Assembly (NCBI RefSeq): GCF_009914755.1
Contig: NC_060929.1
Direction: 5' to 3' (one strand)
Source of the DNA: the human T2T-CHM13v2.0 reference genome, Homo sapiens
DNA length: 64,000 bases
Under the pieces are notes generated by a model that did not search any database, was not told the origin of the DNA, and saw only the letters and a program-made list of their open reading frames with translations. Numbering within the stretch: the first letter of the stretch is position 1; the number at the start of each line of letters is the position of its first letter. Shown here in pieces: positions 26,696 to 42,897 of this stretch. The translations under genes and the position numbers were made by a program.

Positions 26696-28770
26696 CTATG
26701 CTTGTGCAGGCTAATTTTCTGCAACTTAGTGCTGTAGGGCTTTATAGAGGCTGTGATTCAGTTCACCCTGTGTTTCAGCTCTCTACTCCAGCTTCTCAGG
26801 ATCTTGATTCCGACATTCAGAAACCTGATAGTTGTAACATTCATGTCTTTGTCCAACTCATTGATAAAAGTTTGAACGTGGAGGGCTCCTCATCACTGGG
26901 GGAATCCAAGCAGAATCTGGGTGGCCACCTGAGGAGCATATTCTACTGTAGGAGGATATTTGTCCTTGGGGGAGATAAGAAGCATTCTGAAGTCCCTTCC
27001 AACTCATACGGGCATGGTTCTTTGGCCTGTGCATGCCTATGGTCTCTATCAGACCCTAAACGAGCCCCCCAACGGCAGCGAAGGGATTTCCTCTCTGTGG
27101 ATCAGGGTTATACACCTGCCAATGCTTGTTTGAGAGTCAGTGTAATAAGCTGATCCCTGACCTGGGTTCTGGGAGGCTGAGACCTAAAGTCACTCATTCT
27201 CTGTCTGTTCTTGGTCAAGTAAGTCACCTAAGCCCCGTGGACCTTTTTTCTCATCTGTAAATAATGTGTGTGCATATAGAGGGAAGGACTGTAATGGATG
27301 GGTGATTCCAAACCCCTCTAATTGTCCCACCCCTCTGCCCCAGGTGTTCAGTGCTAAGACTGGCTCTTGTGGCTCTCAAGAAAGAATCCTAAACATATTC
27401 TGTTTATGAAAAACCTTAAAGAGGTGAGATAAATAAATTAAGAGGGACTGTGCTTTGAACCAGAATAAAAATTGTAAATGAAAGAATGGTGACATTCTAG
27501 GTATCTGCTAGTCAAGTCTTAGCCACTGAAATAATTTCTCTTCTTAGTAGTAGGGAGTGATTGATGGTTTTTGAGAAGAAGCAGAACCAGGACAGGGCTA
27601 CGTCATTGGGATGAGTAATCTAACATTAGACCAAAAAAGGGATTTTCGCATTCAAGTCTCCCACTCTGGTGTGGATAGGGCTTGAACACCAGCTCTATTG
27701 GTTTAAGACAACTGGATTTCACTGAGGGTAGAGAGACTTAATCTACTTCCAAGAAACTTGGATGAACATGTGAGTCATTTGTTAGTTTGTAGGCAGCCAC
27801 TGTCAGATTCTCATATAACAAAACAAATAACTGGATGTGGCCAGGAGAGGAGCCAGTGGCTTGAGCCATTGATGGGTCCTGTGACTTGAGAATGCCACAC
27901 AATCTCTCCTGGGCCTCAATCTGCCTGTCTGTAAAATGGAGATAATAATAGCTACTCCTACCTACTTCCCAGGACTGCAGGGAAAACAGATAATTTGACA
28001 GGTGAAAGCACAGGGAGGGAAGATGCAGAGTAACACCTTATTAGAACCAATAATGGCTCAGTAAATGGCAGTCTGAAGTATCAGCTGGCAGAGAGGCCAT
28101 CTTAGGGGATTTGACTGTAAAAGTCAGGCCTGTCCTAGTCTGGAGTTAGAAATGACTAAAAAGGAAATCCTTATCTAGGACATGGATGAAAGAGAGCTGG
28201 GACATGAGGTCCCATTATTTATTAGTATTCTTTTTATTATTGATGACAAAAATTATTCTGTCTTACATCTGTATGATAATCTATACATTTTCAAATAAGC
28301 ATTTGCATGTGTTATCTTACTTGGTCTTTGGGTAGAGTATGCAGTACTGGACAGAATTAAAAGTTAAGAAAGTGGGCTCTGGAATCAGACAGACCTAGTT
28401 TCAAATCCCAGCTCTCAGTTTATCAACTGTGTGGCCATGGGTAGTTATTTAACCTTGCTGATTTCAGCCAAAGGGAGAAGATAATGGTACTCACCTCCTG
28501 GAGTTGTTGAGAAGGCTGAATGAGGTAAAGTACGGCAAATACCTAGCACTGGAACACATTCAGTACCAGTTACTGATGTACCATCATCATCTGTACTATG
28601 ACATTCATTACTCTGAATCTGTAACTGTGAAATTGAGGCTTGGATAATTTGAAGACTGTGCCCAGGTTCACTCATCTAGTAGGTGATGGATGCAAGCACC
28701 AGCACAGAATAAGAATCCATATTCTAGGAAGAGAGACATCCCAGAGGCCTGGAGTAGCTGGAGCTCACTC

Positions 28771-28992
28771 TAGAGCTGTGCTTTCCAGCAGAACTTTGTG
28801 CAGTGATGAAGTGTTCTGTCTCTGTGCTGTCCAGGGTGGGAGCCATGAGCCATGCATGGCTGGCTATTGAGCACTTGAAATGCGGCTAGTACAATTGAGG
28901 AGTTGAGTTTTTCATTTTATCTTATTTTAATTCATTTAAATTTTAAAAGACATATGTGACTTGTGTCTACCACATCGGACAGCCCAGCTCTA
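28771..28992. mobile_element. MER3
   Basis: Terminal inverted tagagctg/cagctcta; ggctattgagcacttgaaatgcggctagt core. Confidence 0.75.
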
Positions 28993-29618
28993 AAGAGCAC
29001 GGCACAGGAACCACAGGATTCATGAGATTCAGAGAAGAATGCTGGGTCCACTCATCTGTAAGGCAGAGTGGGCACACCCAGGACCCAGGACTACACATAC
29101 TATTAAAGCAGAATGAAAAGGGAGAATCTCTTAAGAAAAATTGAGATCTTAATATGTGGGCTAGAAAGATATGGAAGGGAAAAAGCTAAAATTCACGTAT
29201 ACTTAGCAGTATGGTATAGGAACAAGGGGGTATTTTTAAAATGGTTAGCTTTTGGAATGAATATGTCCTCAAATTATGTCTTAGAGAAGGAAGGGAATGA
29301 TCTGAGGGAGCAAACTGGGATATATTATCTGGAACAGTGGCCTCAACTATTCATGCATATTAGAATTACCAGGAGAACATTTAAAAACAGCTTTTCACTC
29401 ACCCCTAGTTTAAATCAATTAAGTTATACTATAGGTTTTTGGGTTTTTAAACATCTTTTCAGGAATGAGGACTACTGTAGAAAGTTACTACGGTCAATAA
29501 ATTATTGAGAATTTCCTTTTAAATTTGAAAATTGAATCAATAATAAATGTTTTAGTTTATTTTAAATACGAAAGAAAGAAAAACTTTTAGGTTGAAGAGT
29601 TTGGATATATATAATAAC

Positions 29619-30089
29619 ACAGGTATGTCTCACTTAACGATGGGAATACATTCTGAGAAATGTGTCATTATTTGAACCAGAATGAAAACTGTAAGTGAAA
29701 GAATGGTGACATTCTAGGTACCTGCTAGTCAAGTCTTAGCCACTGAAATAATTTCTCTCCTTAGTAGTAGGGAGTCATTCATGGTTTTTGAGAAGTTTGC
29801 ACAAGTTTGTTATTGTGCAAACATCATGGAGTGCACTTACACAAACCTAGGTGGTGAAGCTTACTACACACCTAGGCTATGTGGTACAGCCTATTGCTCC
29901 TAGGATACAAACCTGTACGGTATCCTACTCTACTGAATACTGTAGGTGATTGTAACACAATGGTAAGTATTTGTGTATCTAAACATAGAAAAGGTACAGT
30001 AAAAGTATGGTATTATAATTTTATGAGACCACTCTCATATATGCAGTCCCACACTGACCAAAATGTCATGATGTGCTACATGACTGTAT
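29619..30089. mobile_element. Tigger3a/MER7A (TcMar-Tigger) carrying a 125-bp foreign insert
   Basis: Matches the MER7A/Tigger3a consensus end to end (cttaacgatgggaatacattctgagaaatg...catgactgta). Confidence 0.85.
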
Positions 30090-31414
30090 ACGCATCTTTA
30101 TACCAATGCCGTCATAGAACATAATTTTTAATTTATGACTTCATAATTATCACTTATAATTGTTTCATGGAAGAAGGGGCCCACAAAGACTAGAATGCTT
30201 AGAGCCCTCAAAAGTCGTAGTATGACCCTGGAGAAATGAATATTTGAAGGAAGAAAAGGGCTTCCAGTGGCCTGGGCTTTGGGGAAGAAAAGGAACAAAG
30301 TTGGGGATGTGAAGAAAGTGTTTTATTATTGAGCTTCCTCTGCCAAAGGCATTCATTCATTTAATACTCACTGAGGGCCTGCCCTGTGCCAGGCATCTAG
30401 AGCAGAGAACAAGAGAGATGAGGTTTCTGCTCTTGTGGGTACTGTATTCTAGTAGCAGAGAGAGACAATAAACAAGAAAATATTGACTGTGTCAGGTGAT
30501 GAAAAGCGATATAAAGAAACGTTATGTGGGGCAAGGGGTAGAGCATGGAGGGGAGATGCTATTTTTTAAAGGGGAGTCAGGGAAGTCCTATATGACAAGG
30601 TGACATTTGGGCAGGGAGGTGAACAGAGTGAGGAAGAGAGCCAGAGAGCTATCTTCAGGAAGAGAGTTCCAGACAGAACAGGCAACGCAAAGGCCCTGAG
30701 ATGGGCAGCAAGGAAACGCTGCTGTGGGTTTTCAAGTTTGCAGATCCTGATACGCAATGAGGCCCAAAGAGAGGAAGAGGCGTGTCTGGGGTCTCTTCCT
30801 CTTAGGGTTGTCTGTACGGATCTATGAGCTTTGCATTTGCAGCTGAAAAATCCCTAAGCCAGAGGGAACCTCAGAACTGGAGGGCCTGGGGTGGCAGGGA
30901 GGGAAGGGAGGAATCCTGAGGGGTCAACAACTCTAGCCCCACTTCTTCTGGGGCTCTCTGGTAGGAGGAGTTTGTTAGATGAAAACCATTAAAATCCATG
31001 AAAAGGGAAAGGCAAAAAAAAAAAAAAAGATCAAAGCCAACTCCAGCTTAGCAGAATACTGCCTGGTATTTATTCATTAGAAGCTCTAAACGCAGAACAG
31101 GGGAACGGGGGAACCTCCCCTAGGTTCTAGGTGAGGAAGGTTGTGCCCTGATAGACTCTCCAGGAGGACTAGAAAGCTTCTTTCAGATGGAGAAGAGAAC
31201 AAAATGCAAAGGCCAGAATGTCCCTGCTGAATGGGCCTCGTTTTGTGGGGTTGCTTACTATCCTGTGGTTCTTGCCACTTCGATCCAATGGAATCCTTTG
31301 CAAAAGGATGAGTTTTCAAACACAGACCTCAAGTCCCAACTGGGGCAACCTTGAATAACTTGATCTCTGAGCCTATGTTTTTCTTCACCTTTGAAAGGGA
31401 GATACTTAAAGCCA

Positions 31415-32720
<1,306 letters not shown>

Positions 32721-35700
32721 AAATACATTTAAAAAAAAAAAGAGAGAGAAAGATACTAACTGAACCCACCTCAGATAGTGTTCTGAAGGTAGAACTAGAT
32801 GGTGCCTGTTAAACATTCAGCACATGCATGGCACCTAGTAGTTGCTAAATAAATGCTAGCTGTTGTTATTTTATAACTATCATTCTTCTTATGTTAAGCA
32901 GATTGAAATAGACCTGCTATAATAGATGTGAGAGGAGCCCCAGAGCCCCATTCCCTATGCATTGTCCCTTTGTCAGTGAAATCCCTGGACTCCCTAGGGC
33001 ACAGTTTGAAGACTACTATGAGTCCAAGCTCTGTTTAATAAAGATGAGAAAACTATTCCCAGAAAAAGGAAGGGGTCACTTTAAGTTGCATAGCATGTTG
33101 GTGGCAGAATTGGAACCAGAACCCTGGCTCCCCATCCTGGCATTTTGACACTGGCCATGCTGTTCCCCCAACCCCAGCTCCACTGTCAACCTGGGGGCTC
33201 CTCAGGAACCCACAAGGCCAAGGTCTTCTGCATTAGTCAAGAGGAGAGTGCAGGGAGAAAGAACTGGTTTCAGAGTGAGACCTGCCCTCAGTACTGCCTC
33301 CACTTGCATTGAGGGGCAAAGCTGAGCCTATCTAAGCCTCAGTTTCCCCATTTGTGAAATGGGGCTGGTAACACTTACCTTCCTGGAGGATTTAATGAAC
33401 ACATGCATGTATGACATTTGGCACAGCGCCAGTCAGGCAGAAGGTCGCTAATGGGTGGTTGTTATTACCATTGCAGTAGGTGCTCAAAAAATATGTGTCG
33501 AATGTAGGAATTATTTTCTGTACATGTGCGGACTCTCATTCGGGCCCCAGGAGCCCCTTGTGGGAGGGTCCCTTAACACACACGCGTGCTCGCACACACA
33601 CACACGGGTCTTTGTGACGTTCCTTCTCTCTTTGCAGTGATTTGCAGCAAAGCTCAAGCAGCAAGTTGAGCAGCATTAAAATAATAACAGATGTGATCTT
33701 CTTCAGAGTTGAAGAGGGGGCAGAGGGTGGGTGTGAAATGGTCAGAAGAGTATTGACAGTGAAAACACCAGGTAGAAAATGTCCTGCACATTCTATAAAA
33801 ACATACATCTCCCGATCTTTTATGTTCTGCCACTGACATGTTGGGGTGACCACTCTGGGCCCCTTCCCTGTCTCTATCCAAGACACAATAAATGGCCTTC
33901 CAAGGATCCAGCAGGCCCTGTGGCCAACAGCAAAAGGAATACTGTTCCTCTTAACTGCTGAAACAGAAGCTTCTCCTTGTTCCCTTCCGTGAGCCCATCA
34001 GTCTCACGTGGCCACTCCCAACCAGGTTCTGCCTGTAACTCAGGCACCTCCAGGAGGTGGAGTCGCTACAGTCAGGCCACACACTCAGGTTCTGGAGAGG
34101 GGCTACCTGTGTTGGAGTCCTGCCCCGGGCCCACTGCTGGTTGTGTGTGATTTTGAGCAAATCATGGGACCTGACAGAGGCTCGGTCTCTTCAGACATAA
34201 ACGAGGAAACATAATCATCAGGGTATTATGAGGATCAGAACTGAGATGAAGGGCATAAAGCGGTGGGCACAGTGCCTTGCATGTGAGCCCCCTTGAGGTA
34301 GCTGCTGTGATGAAGATGACAATCCAGGGACCTCAGCCCCTACTCCTTTGGTATTATATCGGAGGGCCAAGCAGGGGGCCCAGGGAGAGAGCCCTGAGCA
34401 AATTCCCTCATTTCATGGAGACTAGTCCCTGCTTTCCTACCTCCCTGAGCTAACCCTCTGCTGAGCTATCGCTAGAGGCCCTGAAGATGGTGAGGTTTGG
34501 AACTACGGAGTGCTTGCAGAGGCGCATGCAGCTGCTCACAGCTGACATTTATTGAACATTTATTGGGTGCCAGGCCCTGTGGTGAGCACTTGGCAGGCAT
34601 TATCTCTTTTAAGCTAGCTTACAGCAACCTTATAATTATCCTCATTTTGTAGATGAGATAACTGAGACTCAGAGAGGTTATTTAACTCCTGAGATCACAC
34701 AGCTAGTATGGGCCAAGCCAGGATAAAACTCAGATCACCTGTGTGTCCAACAGTCCCCCTGGCCCGCTCCCCATGCCCATGGGTTAGAAAGAGCAATTGT
34801 GAAGGGGGAGGATCATATGATCCCTCCCCCATATCAGGGATCACATAACCTCAGATCCTCTCCTGCCAGCAAACACAGATTCTCAGCATAGGTTTCATTT
34901 CCAGTCTTCCCTCTCATTCCCATTTCTTCTAGCCTGGCCCAGCCCAGCCCAGCCCAGCCATCTGTCTGTCCTCTCCCCTCTGAGTAGAACAGCTTAGGAC
35001 AAAGCCAGGCAGGCAGGCAGGTTGCTGCAGGTGGGAGCTGCGCTCTGGCAGTGGGGCAAGACAGGCTTTCTGCTGTCTGAGGCACCCAGTCCTGCTGCTG
35101 AGCTGGCTGAACCTGACTGCAGAGCCAAGGCACGAGAGAGGTCAGAGATGATTTGGGAGCACCCTGAGTAACCCAAGGTGCATACTAATGAGATGCAAAT
35201 GAGCCTCTGCCGGTGGGCTGCAGGCCAAGTCCCTGTGTTCAACATTCAAGCCCCCCTGGGTTCTGTCCACACACACCGACTTTTCTTAGCCAAGGTAACT
35301 GCTCCACCCAGCCATCAGCAGACACAAAACTCAACAGAGTGGCTGGGTCTGTCTGTGTTCTCATCCGCAAAGCTGGCCGGTGGATTGAACTGGTGATTCC
35401 CACCATTAGGAATTCCCTGAGGGGATGGGGGTGAAGGTTAAAAATATATATATTCCCAGCCCTACCCCAGAGCTACTGAATCAAAATCCTTAGGGGTGGG
35501 GCTCAGAAATAGATGTTCAACAAGTTCCCTGGGTGATTTTGGTGTGACTGGTGTTTGAGATCTGCTGAACAAGGGAACCATCTCTTTCTTTAGGATCATA
35601 CTCTCTACCATGCCTCCTTTCAAAGTTGATATCCCAAATGTGGCCTGATCCTACGCCCTGATGGAGAGGGGATGGAGGACATCAGGAAAAGACTGCAGTC

Positions 35701-36129
35701 TTTAGAAAGTGTTCAGGCTAGAGAAGTGATTCTCAAACGTCACTGTGTTAAAAATCGCAACCTCTTCCTCAAAAAGCCTGTTTCAGGAGGACTGCTGTGG
35801 AACTCAAAGTGGGACTCATATTTCCTCTGTAGGTGGTCTGCTGACTGTTGGTGGGGGGAACACTGGCCCTCAAGCAAAGTGGACACAACATTACTGCTAA
35901 AGTCAAACAGAAGAGCAGACGGGAGAGGGAAAGCAACAGATCTGAGCTTCATGCCTAAATTTATCACCTGGAAGTCTCTGAGCCTACACATATCACTGTC
36001 TGCACACGCCTCTGTTCATCAGCATCTCCAACCCCAGAGGCAGCTGTTCATCTTCCTGAGGTCTTTCTATCTCCTAGATAGAGACTGAACCCTGGGAAGC
36101 CATGTTCTACTTGTAATAAATAGAACTTA

Positions 36130-37022
<893 letters not shown>

Positions 37023-38329
37023 TTAAACACTAGTAAAGGACTTCAAAGAAGACTTTAATTAAAAAAGAAGACATTAAAATAATAAAAGCGTTTGGACTAC
37101 CTGCAAATTGCATAGGATTTCACAGCTATGGGATCTTGGACCCTTCCTGCCCTAGGAACCAGGAAGGAGACAGTTCTCAGAAACCAAGAAGCTCAGGAAC
37201 CATGCCAGGGCATACCAGGGCTGTGGAAAACCGACACCTCAATGATTCCCTTTACCCTCCCCTGCCCGGCCTGCCCACACAGAACCGCGAGGACAATGGC
37301 AAGCCCACTTTCCACAGGGTTCCCAGGCTTAGCTGGGTTCCAGCTCATTGGGGCTTACTTCCTGCAGCATTTTTCTGTTCTTGGAGCAATATTCTGGTCC
37401 GTTTTCTTATTTAATTCCTTCAAAGACCCTATGAAGGAAGCAAGTCAAGGCCAGGAGATGGGGGCTCAAAAGACTTGTCCAAGGTCATACCGCTAGCAAG
37501 TGGCCCGGTCAAGACTCAAACACAAAACTTCAGATGCCAGATTTAGTACTCCCTTGGCTGCACCGCATACGGTCTCTGCCCAGTATAATAGTAACGTTGA
37601 TTATAGCACCTAGCACTTAGTGAGCGCTTGTGCTGTGGATGTCTCAGTGTCTTTCAGCAACCCACAAAGGCAGGTACTATCCTTTCATCTATCTCCATTT
37701 TACAAATGAAAAAACTGAGGGTCAGAAAGGCCACGTGCCTTGTCCAAGGTCAATGGCCAGTCAGTGTGGAGCACGGATTGGAACAAATGATCTATCTGAC
37801 TTGAGTCCAAACTCTGAACCACTAGTCCAATGGCTACCAAGTCCAGTTAGACCTCACCTTGAGCCCCCTTGGAGCTTAAAAAATATATATAGATTCCTGT
37901 CCTTCACCCTCACACTCCTCCATCTAATTTTGTAGACTTAGGATGGGGCTAAGTAATTTGTATTTTTTAAAAAACAGCCCCAGACATTTGGGAAACTTGC
38001 CTCTAAATTAGGCTGCCCCTGAAATATGACAGTAAAAATGAAATAATTTAAGGTAAAGTTTAATTTAGCAACTTCCAAATTAACTCGCTGGACCTCTCTA
38101 ATAATTGGAGTTCTCCTAACAATAGTAAATAGCCCCTAAAGAAGGAGTGATGTGGCTATCCTCAGAGGCATTAAGAATAGCCTGGCCATCTGAATAAGAG
38201 TCACTCAGCAGGGGCCAGTGACTGGCAACGGGCACCAGGGGGATCTCAGGGGGCTGGGAATGTCTGCTTTTTGTGCCAGTTACTGGTTAGCCACCATTCG
38301 AGTTCACTTTATAAAAATTTATCAGCTGT

Positions 38330-38635
<306 letters not shown>

Positions 38636-39831
38636 TTACAATTTATGCACTCTGTTTTTGAATTTGTCAGACACTACCAGGACAGAGTAGAGAGTGTACC
38701 AGGGATCTGATAGGGTTCTCTAATATATGCTTCCAAGAGTTTGAGCTTCTAGGAATTTTTCAAGATGCTATAATTCTCTGAGTCAATTCCCAAGACTTCA
38801 GGAGCCCCCAAATCTATAATAGTAACTAACATTTAGAGAGCTCTTAGCTTGTGCCGACTATGCTAAACACTCTACACACATCAACTCTCAGCAGCTCTGT
38901 GTGATAGGTAGCATTATACAACTCTCAGAAAGGTGGAATCATGTGTTAAGGTAACAGAGATGGAAAGTGTTAAGGCCAGGACTGGAACTCAAGCACCCCG
39001 ACTCCAGAGCTCACGTGCCATACTGATAGCCATCTCTACCGCTTCCTCAGGCTAAGCTTCCAAGGGTCCAAAATGATACGTTTGGCACCATTGAGCCTTG
39101 CATTTGATGGGAAGACCCTGAGGGGAGAGGATGCTGCAGGGACAGGCAGCAGCTCTGACACTGGACACGTGAGCACATGCAGGCCAACACGTGCACACAT
39201 GCTGACGTTACTGTACCACTGGCGTGTTTCATCCTGCTTGGCTTGTGCCCAGGCCAACTGCTGCGGGCACTGGAGCCAAATGGGAACCAGAGAATTCTCC
39301 TCTGTGAGCTCCCTGCCCCCAGCCAGCGGAAGGATAGATGGCATTTTCCTGTTGCCTCAGGTGGTCTTGCAGGGGCCGCCCAGGAACAGAAAAAGGGGCA
39401 AGGGAGGATTTCTGTCTTTTGCAGACCTACACTGGAAAATGCTTATGACATCGCCCCTTTCAGGAAGAGATGGATTTCAGAAGATAATTTGTTAATCAAT
39501 GGGTAGTGGTGGAATATCAGGCACTGTGGTCGGCCAAGGGGGAGAAAACAGGATATCTTAGCCTTCTAATCTGACTCCTTTCCTTAAATTGGTGTTCTAC
39601 CTCACGGGCAGGTAGGTCTACCTAGCCAAAGCACTCTAACTTAAACTCCTTTAACAGTCCTCCAATGTTTATAAAATAAAAGCCATGCTCCTAAAAATAC
39701 TTTCTGAATTCTTTCTGTTTTAAAGAGATATATGGAAATATTTTCAGGTGCAATCATATATCTGGGATTTTTGCTTCAAGATAATCTGATAGGGGAAGAG
39801 TTGGTAGAAGTATAGAGGCAATATAATTGTT

Positions 39832-40179
39832 GACCAGGCACAGTGGCTCAGGCTGGGCGCAGTGGCCCACGCTTGTAATCCCAGCACTTTGGGAGGTCGA
39901 GGCAGGCAGATCACTTGAGGTCAGGAGTTCAAGACCAGCCTGGGGCAACATGGTGAAACCCTGTCTCTACTACAAATACAAAAATTAGCTGGGTGTGATG
40001 TCACACGCCTGTAGTCCCAGCTACATAGGAGGCTGAGGCATGAGAATCACTTGAGCCCAGGAGGTGGAGGTTGCAGTAAGCCAAGATCATGTCACTGCTC
40101 TCCAACCTGGGCAACAGAATGAGGCTCCGTCTCAAAAAAACAAAAAACAAAACAAAACAAAAAAAAAACAAAAAAACCC
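39832..40179 (+). mobile_element. AluS with duplicated 5' head, inside an L1M 3' end
   Basis: gaccaggcacagtggctca directly precedes a full Alu; TSD aa(t/c)ataattgtt. Confidence 0.93.
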
Positions 40180-42605
40180 AACATAATTGTTGAAGCTGAG
40201 TGATAGGGCTTCTTTGCACCATTCTGTTTACTTCTGTGTATGTCTATAATTTTCCTTCAATAGTACATTATATATATGTGACATTTTTTTGAAAATGACA
40301 TGCTCCTTGGCCTGACACATACAAAAAAGAGGTAGGCTGGGGCCTTCAATGATCTGGCCCCAACCTATCTCTCAGACCATGTCTCCAGGTGTTCCCCACC
40401 CAATTTATAGGTTCCTGCACGCATCTGCTGTTTTCTTTAACTGCGGGGCCTTTGCATGTGTTATTTTCCCTCTGTTAAATGCCTTTCCCACTTTTCTTTC
40501 CTTATTTAACTCTCATTCAGCCTTTAAAACTGATGTTCAGTGCCAACTCCTCCAAGAGCTTCATTGAATCTATAACCCAGCTACTGTCACTCCTCCTCTG
40601 GGTCTCCATGCCAGCCTGGGTTTGCCTGTGTTTTACCACCTACCCCAAGATATTAAACCACCCATTTATGGGTCTGCCTCTATCAACTGTGAGTCTTTGG
40701 GGGCCTGACACATTATAACTGCTCATTAAGTGTCTATTAAGATAACAGAACCGTGTGACTTACAGGGATTAGCTTAACCTTTCTGAGTCTCTATTCATGG
40801 TCTCCACACTGAAAACAATGACAACAACAAGAAGCAGTAGAGGGTGATGTGGGCAGTTGTGCAGAGTAGAAGAGAAGGAGTTTGTAAAAGGGCCTAACCT
40901 GGTGACCTGCACATACAGGGTCTAAGTCATTGCGAATTCTCACAAATAGCTCACTGTTGAGTGCGTGCCGACCCAGGCAAACTGGCTGTGTGACATCTGT
41001 AAAATGGGAGCAATGATTCTTCAAGGGAGACTTCAGAGAATTCCCAAGGGTTCTTCGAGTTGTACAGTTACAGCTATCTGTTGACTCACTGGCAATAGTG
41101 ATGGAGTGGTGTGTGTGTATGTGTGTGTGGGTGTATGTGTGTGTTGGTGCATGTTGAGAGAGAGGAGTCTGATTGATGATGTTTTTGTCCCCTGGAGGGC
41201 AGCTTACAATCCAGAGATCAACCTCATTGCTGATCCCACATTGCCTCTGGAGGATGTGGGAGCCAATTGGCCTTCAAGACTGATCTGCCACTTACATAAA
41301 AAACAGGAACATCTCCTGAACTGGGCTAGGCAAGTGAAACAGAGGCAAGTCCAAGTTCTGCATAGTGGTCTGGTTTTCCCCACTGCTGTGTGACCTTAGT
41401 CAAGTTACCAGACTTCCCTGGTGAGGCCTCACCGTTACCAACTGTCTGACTCAGTGATCTCTAAGCGCCCTTCCACTGGACTGTATCTATGAATGGGTTG
41501 GGGCTAATACTTAGTCCTCCAGTAAGCAGCAGTTCTCATCTATGAATTCAAAATGAAGATTCATTGATTCATTCAGCAGATAGGCAATGAGCTTCTTTTC
41601 TGTGCCAGGCACTGTCCTGGACCCAGGCGCCAGGGCAGTGAGCAAGACAGACCCATGGCTTATCTTAGTAGGAGAGCCAATATAAAATAAGTCACACAAA
41701 TAATTAATAATTATAATTATGACCAGTCTTAGGAAGGAACACTTCAAGGTGCTGTGAGATGATACCCACTCTAGGAGGAAGAGAGAAGAATCAATTATTT
41801 GATGACTGTGAACATAATAAATAAGGCCCTACACATTTCTTGCATTACCTTCCATGCACCCCCTCATTTCTCACATCAATTCTCTGAAGAAAGAACTATG
41901 ATGATCCCCATCTTTCAAATGAGGAGCCTGAGGTTTTTAGAGAAGTTGAGGCCCAGGTCACATGGCTAATAATATCCGGGAGTTGGACCCACACTTTACT
42001 TTGTAAACCTGTCTATAAACCTCCATCATAAATGTGAGTGTTAGTACTATTAGTCCTAGAAATACTAGTATTGAGGCTCTGAGCTAGCTCAGTTTGCATT
42101 CTAGGGGCTCAGGGATCATAGGAGGCTTTTAGAGGTCATGTCCTTCCCCACTCAAAATGAATCCAAAAGACAGGGTTTATCCAGGGGGTACAGGCATGTC
42201 CCCAACCGTACCAACTCCATCTCCCCCCAGACACACACAGGCTGTCTCTAAAACTTAATGCCTGCCTGACAGCCTCTCCCACCTGGCCTTAACTGGCCAG
42301 CACCAGGCCAGTGCCACACAGCCTGTCATAAAGCATCTGGAAGGAGAACTTACAGGCCAAGGTGAGTTCAGTCGCACTTAGGTTAGAGTATGCAGGAAGC
42401 TGAGCATCAGGCTAGCTGACATCATGGATTCAGTATCTTCCTGCCAGAAGTCTAACATGTACTCTATCGAGAGCCCTGGGGGAAGACCCTAGTTTGCCTC
42501 TTACAGGGACATGGAACATTGAGCCTCTCAAGGTTCTTCATCAGCAAGATGGAGACAATCACTCCTGCTCTGTCTACCCAACAGAATGGATTCAGAAGGG
42601 ATCTT

Positions 42606-42897
42606 GGCCAGGTGTGGTGGCTCATGCCTGTAACCCCAGCACTTTAGGGGGCCAAGGTGGAAAAATTGCTTGAGCCCAAGAGTTCAAGACCAACCTGAGC
42701 AACATAGTGAGACCCCATCTCTACAAAAAAACATTTTTTTTAATTAGCCAGGTGTGGTGGTGTTTGTCTGTGGTCCTAGCTACCCAGGAGGCTGATGTGG
42801 GAGGATTGCTTGGGCCCAGGAGGTGGAAGCTGCATGATAATGCCACTGCATTCCAGCCTGGGTGACAGAGAGAGACCCTGTCTCAAAATAAATAAAT
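42606..42897 (+). mobile_element. AluJ
   Basis: Full diverged dimer. Confidence 0.92.

Noticed and set aside
42041-42092. Adjacent short palindromes aatactagtatt and ctgagctagctcag
   Set aside because: 12-14 bp palindromes are expected several times by chance in 64 kb.
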